Below, in pieces: positions 40,229-50,397 of a stretch of 64,000 nt of DNA. The DNA comes from Clostridium sp. CAG:710 (GTDB taxonomy: Bacteria; Bacillota_I; Bacilli_A; RF39; UBA660), in assembly GCA_000432595.1 (NCBI GenBank), contig HF996865.1:116-64115 (forward strand). Reading direction: 5' to 3'. The position numbers and the translations under genes were made by a program. Positions within the stretch are counted from its first letter, which is position 1, and the number at the start of each line of letters is the position of its first letter. Below the pieces are notes generated by a model. It searched no databases. It worked only from the letters and a program-made list of their open reading frames with translations, and was not told the origin of the DNA.

Positions 40229-40933
40229 CTAACTTAAATAATCAATTATTACTGGTGATAATATTAATAGTAACAATAATGGTATAAAGAATATAACTGA
40301 TACAACAGAAACCTTTAAAGGAATCTTATTAATTCTTGCCTTTGTTCTCATTATTTGTCTATCTCTTATATAATCTATTTGATTATACATAGTCTCAATA
40401 ATACTATTACCGAAAATATTAGACTGAGAAATATTAAGAATAATATTATTTATAGTATCAGAAGGTATTCTAGTCTTTAAACTATCAAGTGCTTCATTAA
40501 GACTTTTACCATACTTTACTTCATCAAGTGCCCTCTTAAATTCATCAGATAACTCAGAGTCTATATTCCTAGCAGTTATCTCAAGTGCTGTTTTTAAATT
40601 TCTTCCTGTCTCAAGCGATAATGTTAATACTTCAAAAAAGTACATTGCCTCATTATCTAGTTTTTCTGCCCTTTTCTCGACTTTTTTATCAATTACGAAC
40701 CTAGGAAGTATCAAAAAATATAAGAATGTAGCAATTGGTGCAATAATATACCCGTATTTCAGAAAATATAATAGCACAAAAAATAGTAAAATGGAAGAAA
40801 CTAATCTCACATTAAGAAAAATAATTGCACTATAACTATCTTTATATCCCAAAAGATCAATTTTCTTTTGATATTTATTAACAGTATCTTCAGAATAGAT
40901 TTTATAAGCCATACTATATTTTTTCTTTTTCAT
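40229..40933 (-). CDS. tadC: Tad/type II secretion system F-family membrane protein (TadC-like)
   Basis: T2SSF-like topology. Located downstream of tadB and tadA. Confidence 0.7.
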   Translation of the reverse strand: MKKKKYSMAYKIYSEDTVNKYQKKIDLLGYKDSYSAIIFLNVRLVSSILLFFVLLYFLKYGYIIAPIATFLYFLILPRFVIDKKVEKRAEKLDNEAMYFFEVLTLSLETGRNLKTALEITARNIDSELSDEFKRALDEVKYGKSLNEALDSLKTRIPSDTINNIILNISQSNIFGNSIIETMYNQIDYIRDRQIMRTKARINKIPLKVSVVSVIFFIPLLLLLILSPVIIDYLS

Positions 40934-40937
40934 AAAA

Positions 40938-41948
40938 TCATCCCTTCATTTCTACAATTCTCTTTATTATAATTATATATGAAATATATATAAAAAGTAT
41001 TATTAACAATATACACATACCAATAGTAGTATTAAAAAGTGGTTTAAAATAATTTGGATTCAATAAAAGTATAATTCCTGATAATAATGGAGGAATTGCT
41101 ACTAATATTTTATAAATTGCCTTAGCAGATGAAGCAAGTGCTCCCAATTCTTCTTTTAATTTCTTTCTAGTAAATGCATTTCTTTCAACGGAAGCAAATA
41201 CTTGTACTATATTACCACCAGTTTTATTTAAAACAGATAAAGAAGTAGTAATATATTTTGCTTCTTCAGTATTAACTCTTCTAGAGAACCTTTCAAATAC
41301 CATATCCATATCAAGTCCAAAACTTATATCTATATACATTTTTCTAAATTCATCAGATATAGGTCCTTCCAATTCATCAGATACCATATATATGGCTTGC
41401 ATAATACTAAGTCCTGATTTAAATGAATTGTTCATAATTATTATAGCTTTAAGCATATCTTTCTCTATCTGGAGTTTTCTATATTTTTCACGAGATTTCC
41501 AGAATATATCAGGTACAAAGAATCCAATAAGGAAAACTGTAAGTAATTGCATAAATGTAATAGCACTATACCTAAACACATCAGATAATATAATTATTAA
41601 AATACAAATAAATCCCCAGATAAACTTACTAGATACATAGTCCATACTACTTTCTCTAATAATTTTAGATTTATCTAAATATTTATTATATTTCTTACTG
41701 TATTTTCTTAAAAATTCACTTTTAGATAATACAGTAGATAATTTTTTTCTAAATGAATAATACCATTTCTTAATTTTATCTAGAAAGGGTTTTTCATCAT
41801 TATTTAATGGATCTATACAAAATCTTTTATATCTTTTTTCAAGAGTTGTAGCTCTATTTAACCTTAAGAACCATATTACAATGCATAACAGCATTAATAT
41901 AATAACAATCTGGATAATAAATAAATTAAAATTAAACTGTGTCTGCAT
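40938..41948 (-). CDS. tadB: Tad/type II secretion system F-family membrane protein (TadB-like)
   Basis: T2SSF-like: an N-terminal TM helix, a cytoplasmic domain, and C-terminal TM helices. Confidence 0.7.
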   Translation of the reverse strand: MQTQFNFNLFIIQIVIILMLLCIVIWFLRLNRATTLEKRYKRFCIDPLNNDEKPFLDKIKKWYYSFRKKLSTVLSKSEFLRKYSKKYNKYLDKSKIIRESSMDYVSSKFIWGFICILIIILSDVFRYSAITFMQLLTVFLIGFFVPDIFWKSREKYRKLQIEKDMLKAIIIMNNSFKSGLSIMQAIYMVSDELEGPISDEFRKMYIDISFGLDMDMVFERFSRRVNTEEAKYITTSLSVLNKTGGNIVQVFASVERNAFTRKKLKEELGALASSAKAIYKILVAIPPLLSGIILLLNPNYFKPLFNTTIGMCILLIILFIYISYIIIIKRIVEMKG

Positions 41949-41959
41949 TGTACACCCTC

Positions 41960-43351
41960 CTATTTATCTTTTTTAGCTTTTGCTTTTTTCTTTTCTATTT
42001 CCTTTAAGTGTTCTGAAACTTCATTAAAAATATCATCAACACTATCTATACCACGGTTTTTAATTTTCTTATAAACTTTAGGAATATAGCTGTATAAAAC
42101 AAATTCTCCATCAACTTCGCCATTTTCAGTAAGACCATTTTGGTTAAACGCAAATATTTCTTTTAATATTATATTCTCACCATCAAATCCTACTATTTCA
42201 GAAATTGAAGTAACTTTTCTTCTACCATCAGATAATCTTTCAACGTTTACAACAAGATCAAGTGCTTTATCAATATATCCTCTTATAGCCTTAAGAGGGA
42301 TATCCATTTCACTCATAAGAATCATTGTCTCTAATCTATTTAATGCATCTGAAGGCGAATTAGCATGAAGTGTAGTAAGTGAACCATCATGTCCTGTATT
42401 CATAGCCTGAAGCATATCAAAAGCTTCTTTACCACGAACCTCACCTACTATAATTCTATCAGGTCTCATACGTAGTGAGTTTCTAACCAAATCCCTAATT
42501 GTTACCTCACCATCATTATCATAATTAACATTTCTTGTTTCTAGTGATATAACATGTTGTTGTTTTAGTCTTAATTCAACAGCATCCTCTATAGTAATAA
42601 TTCTCTCATTTGAACCAATAAAGTTAGATAGAATATTAAGAAGTGTTGTTTTACCACTACCAGTACCACCACAAACTATAATATTTAATTTAGCTTCAAC
42701 ACATGCTTGTAAGAATCTTGCCATATAAGGAGTAAGGGTACCATTGCCAATTAATGTTTCTATATTATCCATACTCTTTTTAAATTTACGAATAGTAAGA
42801 ACAGGGCCCTTTACAGCTAAAGGCGGAATTATCGCGTTAATTCTAGAGCCATCAGGTAAATGTGAATCCACCATAGGATTAGAAGAATCTATTGTTCTAC
42901 CAAGTGGTTGTACTATTCTTTGGATAGTACGAATTATATGCTCATCATTTATAAATGATATAGTTTCATCTCTTAAAAGTTGTCCATCAACCTCAATATA
43001 TATTTCATTTGGACTATTAACCATTATTTCAGTAACACTATCATCATCTAAAAGCTCAGTTATAGGTCCATAACCATTTATTTCGTTTTCAATCAAATTG
43101 AATAAGTGATTTCTCTCTAAGTTAGATAAATCATAACCTTCAGTAATTATATCTATCTCTTCATTAATATATTGAGTAAGAAGCTTATCATCAGGTATTT
43201 GATTATCTATTAACTCTTGAATTATAGTATCTCTAAATTTATCAAGAAGCTTTTTATCTTTAAATACATCATAATCATTTTGATTTTCTTGTATAGTTAT
43301 ATCATTATCATAATCAATTTGGAACTCATCAAACCAGTTATTTTTCTTCAT
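41960..43351 (-). CDS. tadA: CpaF/TadA-family pilus assembly ATPase
   Basis: Walker A GGTGSGKTT, Asp box and RPDRIIVGEVRG, His box GHDGSLTTLHAN. Confidence 0.92.
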   Translation of the reverse strand: MKKNNWFDEFQIDYDNDITIQENQNDYDVFKDKKLLDKFRDTIIQELIDNQIPDDKLLTQYINEEIDIITEGYDLSNLERNHLFNLIENEINGYGPITELLDDDSVTEIMVNSPNEIYIEVDGQLLRDETISFINDEHIIRTIQRIVQPLGRTIDSSNPMVDSHLPDGSRINAIIPPLAVKGPVLTIRKFKKSMDNIETLIGNGTLTPYMARFLQACVEAKLNIIVCGGTGSGKTTLLNILSNFIGSNERIITIEDAVELRLKQQHVISLETRNVNYDNDGEVTIRDLVRNSLRMRPDRIIVGEVRGKEAFDMLQAMNTGHDGSLTTLHANSPSDALNRLETMILMSEMDIPLKAIRGYIDKALDLVVNVERLSDGRRKVTSISEIVGFDGENIILKEIFAFNQNGLTENGEVDGEFVLYSYIPKVYKKIKNRGIDSVDDIFNEVSEHLKEIEKKKAKAKKDK

Positions 43352-44135
43352 TTCTTAACTCCTCCTTTTTGCTAACCTCTAACAATTTAAGAGCAAGTTT
43401 TTCTACCTCAGCGTAACCCTTTCTTGATGTCGATTTTAATCTTAATAACGTTTTAAGCAAAGTACCATCAACAACATAAGAGTCATAATTTTTAATATAA
43501 AGTGAAGCTGGTATAACATAATCAATATTTGCTTTTATTACACCTTTTATATCATAGTTAGAAAAATAGTTCTTTCTATTATCAAAAGCATTATTTAAAG
43601 CAAGAACCAAATTATCTACTCCAATATTCTTACATATTGATATAAATGTTTTAGTACCCTTAAGATCAAGTGCATCATTTGTAAATACATTAAGAATTCT
43701 ATCAGAATATTCAAAGGCAATCATATTATGCATATCAAGTATATGATTAGTATCTATTAGTATAACATCATAATAACTGCTTAATGTATTAAGTAAAACT
43801 TCTATGCAGTTCTTATCTATCTTACTAGCTTGCCTTGGATCCTTAGGAGAAGCAAGTATATCAATATGATCATCATAATGACATAAATATTCTCCGTTTG
43901 TTATACCTTTAAATCTATTGTTTGCAATATCATCAGAAACATTATAAATGCTATATTTAACATTAGCATTTAATGAAAATGCAATACTTCCCGCATATAA
44001 ATCTAAATCAAGTAATAACACCTTTTTGCCAAGATTTTCATATATTGCAGCTAATAAAAGTGTAGTAGCAGTTTTACCTACTCCACCCTTCATAGAAGTA
44101 ATTGTAATTATTCTACCTCTTTTAGTCTTTGCCAT
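43338..44135 (-). CDS. tadZ: ParA/MinD-like ATPase (TadZ/CpaE-like)
   Basis: Deviant Walker A MKGGVGKT. Position immediately upstream of tadA. Confidence 0.75.
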   Translation of the reverse strand: MAKTKRGRIITITSMKGGVGKTATTLLLAAIYENLGKKVLLLDLDLYAGSIAFSLNANVKYSIYNVSDDIANNRFKGITNGEYLCHYDDHIDILASPKDPRQASKIDKNCIEVLLNTLSSYYDVILIDTNHILDMHNMIAFEYSDRILNVFTNDALDLKGTKTFISICKNIGVDNLVLALNNAFDNRKNYFSNYDIKGVIKANIDYVIPASLYIKNYDSYVVDGTLLKTLLRLKSTSRKGYAEVEKLALKLLEVSKKEELRNEEK

Positions 44136-44152
44136 TTTATCACACTCTTTCG

Positions 44153-44476
44153 TTATTTTTCTGTATAAACTCTAACATCATAATAATCTCTACCAACTAT
44201 TTTCCCAAATATACTCTTTACTTTTTTCGAAAGTTCTATCTTATATTTTCCATCAGATTCAGTAATATTAATATTTATATTTTCATCGTTTTTTCTTATT
44301 ACGTTTCTAACTCCATCTATATCTTTTTCTGTATTAACAGCAGTATTTGCTAGATTTTGAATTCTATTCTTTTCGTAATTAGCATTAACTGTATCGTATA
44401 CATATGCAGAAAACAAAATCAAAAGTGGTAAAAATAATACAAACACTACTATAGTTTGTCCTCTATTGTTTTTCAT
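44153..44476 (-). CDS. TadE/TadG-like pseudopilin-type protein
   Basis: N-terminus MKNNRGQTIVVFVLFLPLLILF resembles the Tad pseudopilin N-terminal helix. Start moved to the ATG at 44476. Confidence 0.5.
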   Translation of the reverse strand: MKNNRGQTIVVFVLFLPLLILFSAYVYDTVNANYEKNRIQNLANTAVNTEKDIDGVRNVIRKNDENININITESDGKYKIELSKKVKSIFGKIVGRDYYDVRVYTEK

Positions 44477-44849
44477 ATAGAACCACTCTTTCAACACTAG
44501 TCTTATGAGGAGAACCAAGTATTAGATTTAAGCCAGGAGTTATAACCTTAACATCAGAAGTAAGTCTTATCCTCATATAATTGCTTTCACTATCAAGTAT
44601 AATTTCAGCTTTTATATCGTCTTTTCCATCTTCATTAACGGCTTTTTTAACATTTTCATATAAGTCTGATCCATCAACAGTATTCTTAGCAGCCTCATAT
44701 GCTTCATTTATTTTGTTTTCAAGTTCACTTTTTCTAATTAGTATTGTTCCAAAATCAATTATTGAAAATAACAGCATAATAAGAATTGGTAATACTAATA
44801 CGAATTCTATTAAAGCTTGTGCACGTTTATTTGTAATAAGCTTTTGCAT
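44463..44849 (-). CDS. tadE: TadE-like protein
   Basis: N-terminus KRAQALIEFVLVLPILIMLLFSIIDFG matches the TadE N-terminal motif. Confidence 0.65.
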   Translation of the reverse strand: MQKLITNKRAQALIEFVLVLPILIMLLFSIIDFGTILIRKSELENKINEAYEAAKNTVDGSDLYENVKKAVNEDGKDDIKAEIILDSESNYMRIRLTSDVKVITPGLNLILGSPHKTSVERVVLYEKQ

Positions 44850-44895
44850 CTTACCATCCCCTATTATCTATCATAACTAATTATAACATAGCACT

Positions 44896-44939
44896 AAAAA
44901 AAATAGAATACCTAAATCTTACTTTTAAGTACTCTATTT
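44896..44939 (-). terminator. terminator after the alpha/beta hydrolase gene, upstream of the Tad operon
   Basis: Imperfect long hairpin (AAATAGA.TAC.TAAA arms) followed by a T8 run on the minus strand. Confidence 0.5.
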
Positions 44940-44983
44940 AATATTATGTTGGTTTAAATTTGTATTTCCTCAGCTAGCAAAAC

Positions 44984-45733
44984 TTAATTATTTAAAATAA
45001 ATTCAACAACATCATTATCAAATCCGTATAATTCGTGTTTACCACCCTTTATTATTTTATAAAGCAAATTATTTTTATTGCTAAAATCTTTAATATCATT
45101 TACCAAAACAGTTGTATCCGCATCACCTTGAATAATAAATACATTGTTAAATTTAGTATTTTTTATAAATTTATCACCATTTTTAAATTCTTCATAAGCA
45201 CCTCTAAATATTTTAATATTTTTATATAAGGATATAAAATCATTGTTATTAAAGTAATCTATATCTAAATTTCCAACTTTCTTTTCCATGATTTCACAAA
45301 AATTAATTGCAGGACACATTAAATATATCTTATTAATATTATTTATTATATCATTATAAGCATTTAATAAAACAAAACCACCATAACTGCATCCAAGCAA
45401 ATAAATATTACAATTTTCATGAACTGTTTTAATATATTCAATTGTTTCTTTAACATATTGAATACAATTACTCAGATTAAAATTCTCAAAAGAAGTATTA
45501 TCTTGCCCATGTCCTATTAAATCTAAACTATAAACATTATAATTATTATCTAATAGTTTATTATAAAATCTAGTAACCCAATTCTTATTGCTTCCTAATC
45601 CATGTACATATAAAATGATATCTTTGTTATTTACATCTCCAATAGCCCTAAATATATGAATCCTATCATTAATAACAAAATCACACTCAACTCTTATATC
45701 CTTTTTTGCAATTTCAAATAATTCTTCTATCAT
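44984..45733 (-). CDS. alpha/beta hydrolase
   Basis: HGLGSN and nucleophile elbow GCSYGG, with a late GDAD and GGKH. Start set to the ATG at 45733, after AGAGGGTGA. Confidence 0.75.
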   Translation of the reverse strand: MIEELFEIAKKDIRVECDFVINDRIHIFRAIGDVNNKDIILYVHGLGSNKNWVTRFYNKLLDNNYNVYSLDLIGHGQDNTSFENFNLSNCIQYVKETIEYIKTVHENCNIYLLGCSYGGFVLLNAYNDIINNINKIYLMCPAINFCEIMEKKVGNLDIDYFNNNDFISLYKNIKIFRGAYEEFKNGDKFIKNTKFNNVFIIQGDADTTVLVNDIKDFSNKNNLLYKIIKGGKHELYGFDNDVVEFILNN

Positions 45734-45946
45734 AGTTATCACCCTCTTACTAATGTTTATAAAAAAACTCCTTAGCAAGATACTCCTATTATTTAATTTA
45801 CCATAAAGTCATTCATAATCATAGATTTTTTGGCTTTTCATAAAAACATTTCGAAATTATAATAATTATTTATCTGTTCTGTAAAAACATCTCTAGCATT
45901 TTCATTATCACTAAATATAACATTAAGTCTTTCAGTATAATCTTCT

Positions 45947-47074
45947 CTATTCATAATTTATCCTATCACCCAATTTATCTACGCTCTCTATAAAATAATT
46001 TAATGATTTATACCATTCAAACATCCCAAATTTTTTATTTTTATATTTTTCTAATTCTTCATCGGTATAGTGTTTATTTATTTCTTTCCACCTATTTACT
46101 ACCCTCTTATAACATTCTTCTATAGAAGTTCTTATAATTATTATTTTTCCTTTTATTAATTTAATTTCTTCCTCTGCCCTTAAATTTCTAAACTGCGCTG
46201 AATCTATAACTAGTGTTTTATCAGTACTTTTATAATATTCTAATATATCTTTATAAATGGTACTAAACTCATTACATATATCTGGAATGCTACTATTATA
46301 TTTTTTCTTTAAATATTCTCTAAATTCAATGCAATTTTTATTATTAGTTGGTGTATCTTTAGTTATTTCATCAGTATCTATTACAATATATTTATCATCA
46401 TCAATATATTTCTTAGTATATGTTGATTTACCACTTCCAGACTCTCCTGTTATATTTATAACCTTATCATTAGTAATATCTTTTATATATGGTTCTTTAT
46501 CAACAAATCTACTTATTAATAATTCTGATTTAACTTCATATAGATAGTTCTCTATTTCTTTAACAAGAGCATTTATATCTTTTCTATCATCTTTATTACC
46601 ATGTGAAATAAAATCATTCCATTCTTCTAAAACAATATCTATATTATCCCTATTAACCTTATCCTTAAAAATTCTATAAGCAGTTTTCTTATAATTCATA
46701 ATGCTTACAACAGCCAATGCTTTGTAGTAAGACTTTTCAGGTATTTTAGATATTTTGTAAAAATGAAGTGCTAAATCATCATCAACTTTTCTAGGATTCT
46801 TAATAATTATTTTATTGGTTCTATAAATTGTTGTTGCTCCATCTAATCTAATATTTTCTGCATCATCTGGTACTATTACATCATAAATTGTATCTCCACG
46901 ATGAAGCCATCTTAAAATACATTCTTCACTGCAATAATTAAAGCCTCCAAAATCTCTTCCATTTTCGGCTTTAGGATTCCAATTATTTGCAACATTTATT
47001 TCATTTAACTTATATTCAAAATCACTCTTAGCACCACTTGTTGTACCCCACATTACTTTTACATATTTAGCCAT
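45947..47074 (-). CDS. two-domain protein: unknown N-terminal domain plus C-terminal P-loop kinase-like domain
   Basis: Walker A GESGSGKST at ~aa 210, followed by VIDTDE and LVIDSAQ. The N-terminal ~190 aa matched no family I recognise. Confidence 0.6.
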   Translation of the reverse strand: MAKYVKVMWGTTSGAKSDFEYKLNEINVANNWNPKAENGRDFGGFNYCSEECILRWLHRGDTIYDVIVPDDAENIRLDGATTIYRTNKIIIKNPRKVDDDLALHFYKISKIPEKSYYKALAVVSIMNYKKTAYRIFKDKVNRDNIDIVLEEWNDFISHGNKDDRKDINALVKEIENYLYEVKSELLISRFVDKEPYIKDITNDKVINITGESGSGKSTYTKKYIDDDKYIVIDTDEITKDTPTNNKNCIEFREYLKKKYNSSIPDICNEFSTIYKDILEYYKSTDKTLVIDSAQFRNLRAEEEIKLIKGKIIIIRTSIEECYKRVVNRWKEINKHYTDEELEKYKNKKFGMFEWYKSLNYFIESVDKLGDRINYE

Positions 47075-47191
47075 TTTCCCACCTCATAAAAATATACTGT
47101 TTTGTATTAAAAATTATCAAGTTATTTATTCTAATAAAATTATATCAAAACAAACAAAAAAAATCTCCATTATACAGAAGATTTACATTAA

Positions 47192-47875
47192 TTATACATT
47201 TTTTAATATTTCATTCATCATACAAGCAACCTTTTTAGAACTCTTATCTAAAAACTCTTCATATGTCAAAACATTATTTCCACCAGGGATATCAGAAATA
47301 CTTCTAATAATTAAAAAAGGAACATGACTTAAAAAGCATACTTGGGCAATGCTTGCGCCTTCCATTTCAACAGCTAAAGCATTGAACTTTTTATTAATTT
47401 TATTACTCATTGCAATATCAGTACAAAAAATATCACCAGAAGCAATTACACCTATTTTATATGTATCATCACAAATAGCATTACTAGCAATGTTAAGTAA
47501 ATAATCATCACTATCTATAAATGTTCCAACATTAGGTATATATCCCTTTTCATGATTAAAAGCCGTTATATCAAAATCATGTTGAACTAACCTCTTACCT
47601 ATAACAACATCCAAAACATTCAATGAATCGTCAACACCACCAGCTACACCTATATTGAAAATACAATCAACCTTCATATTATCAATCAATATCTGTGTCG
47701 TCCTAGCCGCATTAACTTTACCAACTCCACTCTCAACTAAAATACATATAGTATCATTTATCTTGCCCTCATAAAACTTTAAATCAAATATCTCATACTC
47801 ATTATCAATTGTTAAATATTCACATAAAGCATCCAACTCTTCCCTCATCGCAAATATAATACCAATTTTTTCCAT
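47192..47875 (-). CDS. mtnN: 5'-methylthioadenosine/S-adenosylhomocysteine nucleosidase
   Basis: IGIIFAMREE, GVGKVNAA, VEMEGASIAQV, IRSISD. Confidence 0.9.
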   Translation of the reverse strand: MEKIGIIFAMREELDALCEYLTIDNEYEIFDLKFYEGKINDTICILVESGVGKVNAARTTQILIDNMKVDCIFNIGVAGGVDDSLNVLDVVIGKRLVQHDFDITAFNHEKGYIPNVGTFIDSDDYLLNIASNAICDDTYKIGVIASGDIFCTDIAMSNKINKKFNALAVEMEGASIAQVCFLSHVPFLIIRSISDIPGGNNVLTYEEFLDKSSKKVACMMNEILKNV

Positions 47876-47884
47876 ATACATCAC

Positions 47885-48373
47885 CTATATTTCTACAACA
47901 AAAACTTCATTTCCATGTTCTTTTATTATATTTATTAAATCTTCTACTTTTAACCATACATCAGCAGTATTATCATTTGGATGTACTCCAATTATATGAT
48001 CTCCCATAAAAAACTCACTATCCAAGTAAAATTGTACCCTCAAATTCTTATCATTTAATAACCCCATTGGTGTAACTGAACCAGGAACTAGCCCCATAAT
48101 ATTATTTAAGTCATCTGAAGATGCAAATGTTAAAGGTCGTGTATTGTTATTCTTCCTAAACTTCTTTAAATCAACTCTTTTATCACCCTTAACAGTTATT
48201 AAATAATAATTATTTTTCTTATCATCCCTAACAAAAAGGTTTTTAGCAGCATCGGAAGGATATAACAAATCAAGTTCACTAGACTCCTTCATATTATAAA
48301 TGGGTTTATGTTCATCTATTTCATACCATATATTTCTTGTTTTTAAATAATCATAAACATCTTGTTTTTTCAT
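47885..48373 (-). CDS. YbaK/ProX-type aminoacyl-tRNA deacylase domain protein
   Basis: The pattern KNLFVRDDKKNNYYLI...PGSVTPMGL is typical of YbaK/EbsC/ProX editing domains. Start set to the ATG at 48373, after AGGTG. Confidence 0.75.
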   Translation of the reverse strand: MKKQDVYDYLKTRNIWYEIDEHKPIYNMKESSELDLLYPSDAAKNLFVRDDKKNNYYLITVKGDKRVDLKKFRKNNNTRPLTFASSDDLNNIMGLVPGSVTPMGLLNDKNLRVQFYLDSEFFMGDHIIGVHPNDNTADVWLKVEDLINIIKEHGNEVFVVEI

Positions 48374-48461
48374 AACACACCTCTTAAGCAATTACTAAAT
48401 TACTATATCATAAAATAAAAGAAAACTCCATCTTGTAATGAAGTTGTCTAATAGCTTATAT

Positions 48462-49688
48462 CTACAACTTCGCCTTAAAATATTTTATTATAAATGTTGT
48501 ACCCTTTTCCTTTTTTGATTCAACAACAATTTGACCATTATCTTTTTCTATAATTGCTTTTGATAAAGATAGACCTATTCCTATACTATCCTTATTAATA
48601 TCAGTATTTTCCCCCTTATAAAATCTTTTAAAAATATTAATTGTATCTTCCGCACTCATTCCCTTACCAAAATCTTTTATCCTAAATTCAGTATATAAAT
48701 TATTATCATTACATTCAAGAATTACTTTATTATCATCATGCGAATATTCAATGGCATTTTTTAAAATATTAGTTAAAGCCTCAACTTGCCATTTAAAATC
48801 ACATTTAATTTTGTTTTTACATCTATTATCAACTACAATACAAATATTTTTTAAATCACTTAAATTAGATACATTACTAATTACCGCATCAATGATTTTT
48901 TGCACAGAAACTTCTTTTGGATAAAAAGTTATAGTATTAGATTCAAATCTAGATAATTTAAGTATTGCTTGAACTAAAAAAGTTATACTAGCCATTTCTC
49001 TTTTAATATGTCTTATAAATTCTTCTCTTACTTCTACTTTCATATTAGGATCGTCACTTATATTATCAAGCATTATATTAATTGACGTTAAAGGAGTTTT
49101 CAATTGATGAGAAATATCTTGTAAAGAATTCTTTATATTTATTTTATCTTTTAGAGAATTATCTGCATTCTCCTTTAACATAATAGTTGTTTTATATATT
49201 TCTTCCCTTAGTATAGATAATTTATCTTCAGATAGTTCATCAATATTTAGTTCATAATTCTTATGATTAATTTTTTCTAACAACCGAATTATTTTATCTA
49301 TTTCCTTATCACTTTCTAGGTGTGAGGTAACAAACAAATATATTAAAGTCACTAAACATAATCCAATAATTACTACTTTATATATATTATACCTAACATT
49401 AAGTTTATCATTTTGAATAAGTAATGAATCAATTTCTATATCATAACCATATTCTTTTAAAATATTAGTTTTAGAGTTATCTGAATTTAATATTTTTATT
49501 AAATCATCCTTTGTTATATCAGGATATTTTTCCTGTAAGAGAAGAAATATACCGTTTATTTTATAATTAAAATTCCTTTTATATTCATTATATTCTAACT
49601 TACTAATAAATATAAAACTTATTAAAAAGACAATCACAACAATTAAAATTTGTATTAAATACTTTTTTAAATATTTTCTATTCTTCAT
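48462..49688 (-). CDS. sensor histidine kinase
   Basis: Two TM helices, H-box ISHQLKTPLT, N-box NILKNAIEYS, G-boxes DFGKGM and GIGLSL. Confidence 0.9.
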   Translation of the reverse strand: MKNRKYLKKYLIQILIVVIVFLISFIFISKLEYNEYKRNFNYKINGIFLLLQEKYPDITKDDLIKILNSDNSKTNILKEYGYDIEIDSLLIQNDKLNVRYNIYKVVIIGLCLVTLIYLFVTSHLESDKEIDKIIRLLEKINHKNYELNIDELSEDKLSILREEIYKTTIMLKENADNSLKDKINIKNSLQDISHQLKTPLTSINIMLDNISDDPNMKVEVREEFIRHIKREMASITFLVQAILKLSRFESNTITFYPKEVSVQKIIDAVISNVSNLSDLKNICIVVDNRCKNKIKCDFKWQVEALTNILKNAIEYSHDDNKVILECNDNNLYTEFRIKDFGKGMSAEDTINIFKRFYKGENTDINKDSIGIGLSLSKAIIEKDNGQIVVESKKEKGTTFIIKYFKAKL

Positions 49689-50331
49689 CTATTCTATACC
49701 CTATACCCTTTATTGTTATAATTATATCAGTACCTAGCTTTTCCCTGATTCTTTTTAAATAAACAGTTATAGTATGATCATCAACATCATTACCAGTCCA
49801 TTCCCAAATCTTTTCTAAAATAGTATTTCTACTTACAGCACTACCAATATTTATAAATAATAAATGTAGTATCTTTAGTTCCAAACTTGATAATTCTACC
49901 TTTATATTATTCTTATTAACTACCATCTTATCTAAATCAAAACTAATGTCTTTAACCTTAATTACTGATGAGTTCTTATTTCTTAAAATAATTTTATTTA
50001 CTCTTGCTAATAACTCCCTTGTAGAAAAAGGTTTTGTCATATAATCCTCTGCGCCAAGATTAAGACCTTTTATAATATCATCTTCATCATCTCGTGCCGT
50101 TAAAAATATAACTGGTATTTGACTTTTTTTAATATTATCCTCATACAAATTAAAACCATTCCCATCAGGAAGCGAAACATCTAAAATTATAAGTTCTGGA
50201 GTATTGTTATTCAAATATTCTATTGCGTCTTTCATAGTAGTTTTATAATCCAAACAATAACTATTCATTTTAAACGCATATACTAATCCTTCCGCAATAC
50301 TTTCATTATCTTCAACCAATAATATACACAT
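49678..50331 (-). CDS. OmpR-family response regulator
   Basis: Receiver domain (LLVEDN, LIILDVSLPDG, KPF) and a winged-helix output domain (TVYLKRIREKL, IKGIGYR). Confidence 0.92.
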   Translation of the reverse strand: MCILLVEDNESIAEGLVYAFKMNSYCLDYKTTMKDAIEYLNNNTPELIILDVSLPDGNGFNLYEDNIKKSQIPVIFLTARDDEDDIIKGLNLGAEDYMTKPFSTRELLARVNKIILRNKNSSVIKVKDISFDLDKMVVNKNNIKVELSSLELKILHLLFINIGSAVSRNTILEKIWEWTGNDVDDHTITVYLKRIREKLGTDIIITIKGIGYRIDEE

Positions 50332-50397
50332 AACTTCTCCTCCTATCAATAATTATAGCATATAAACAAAGGGATATGTTAAATATCCCATAGCTTA

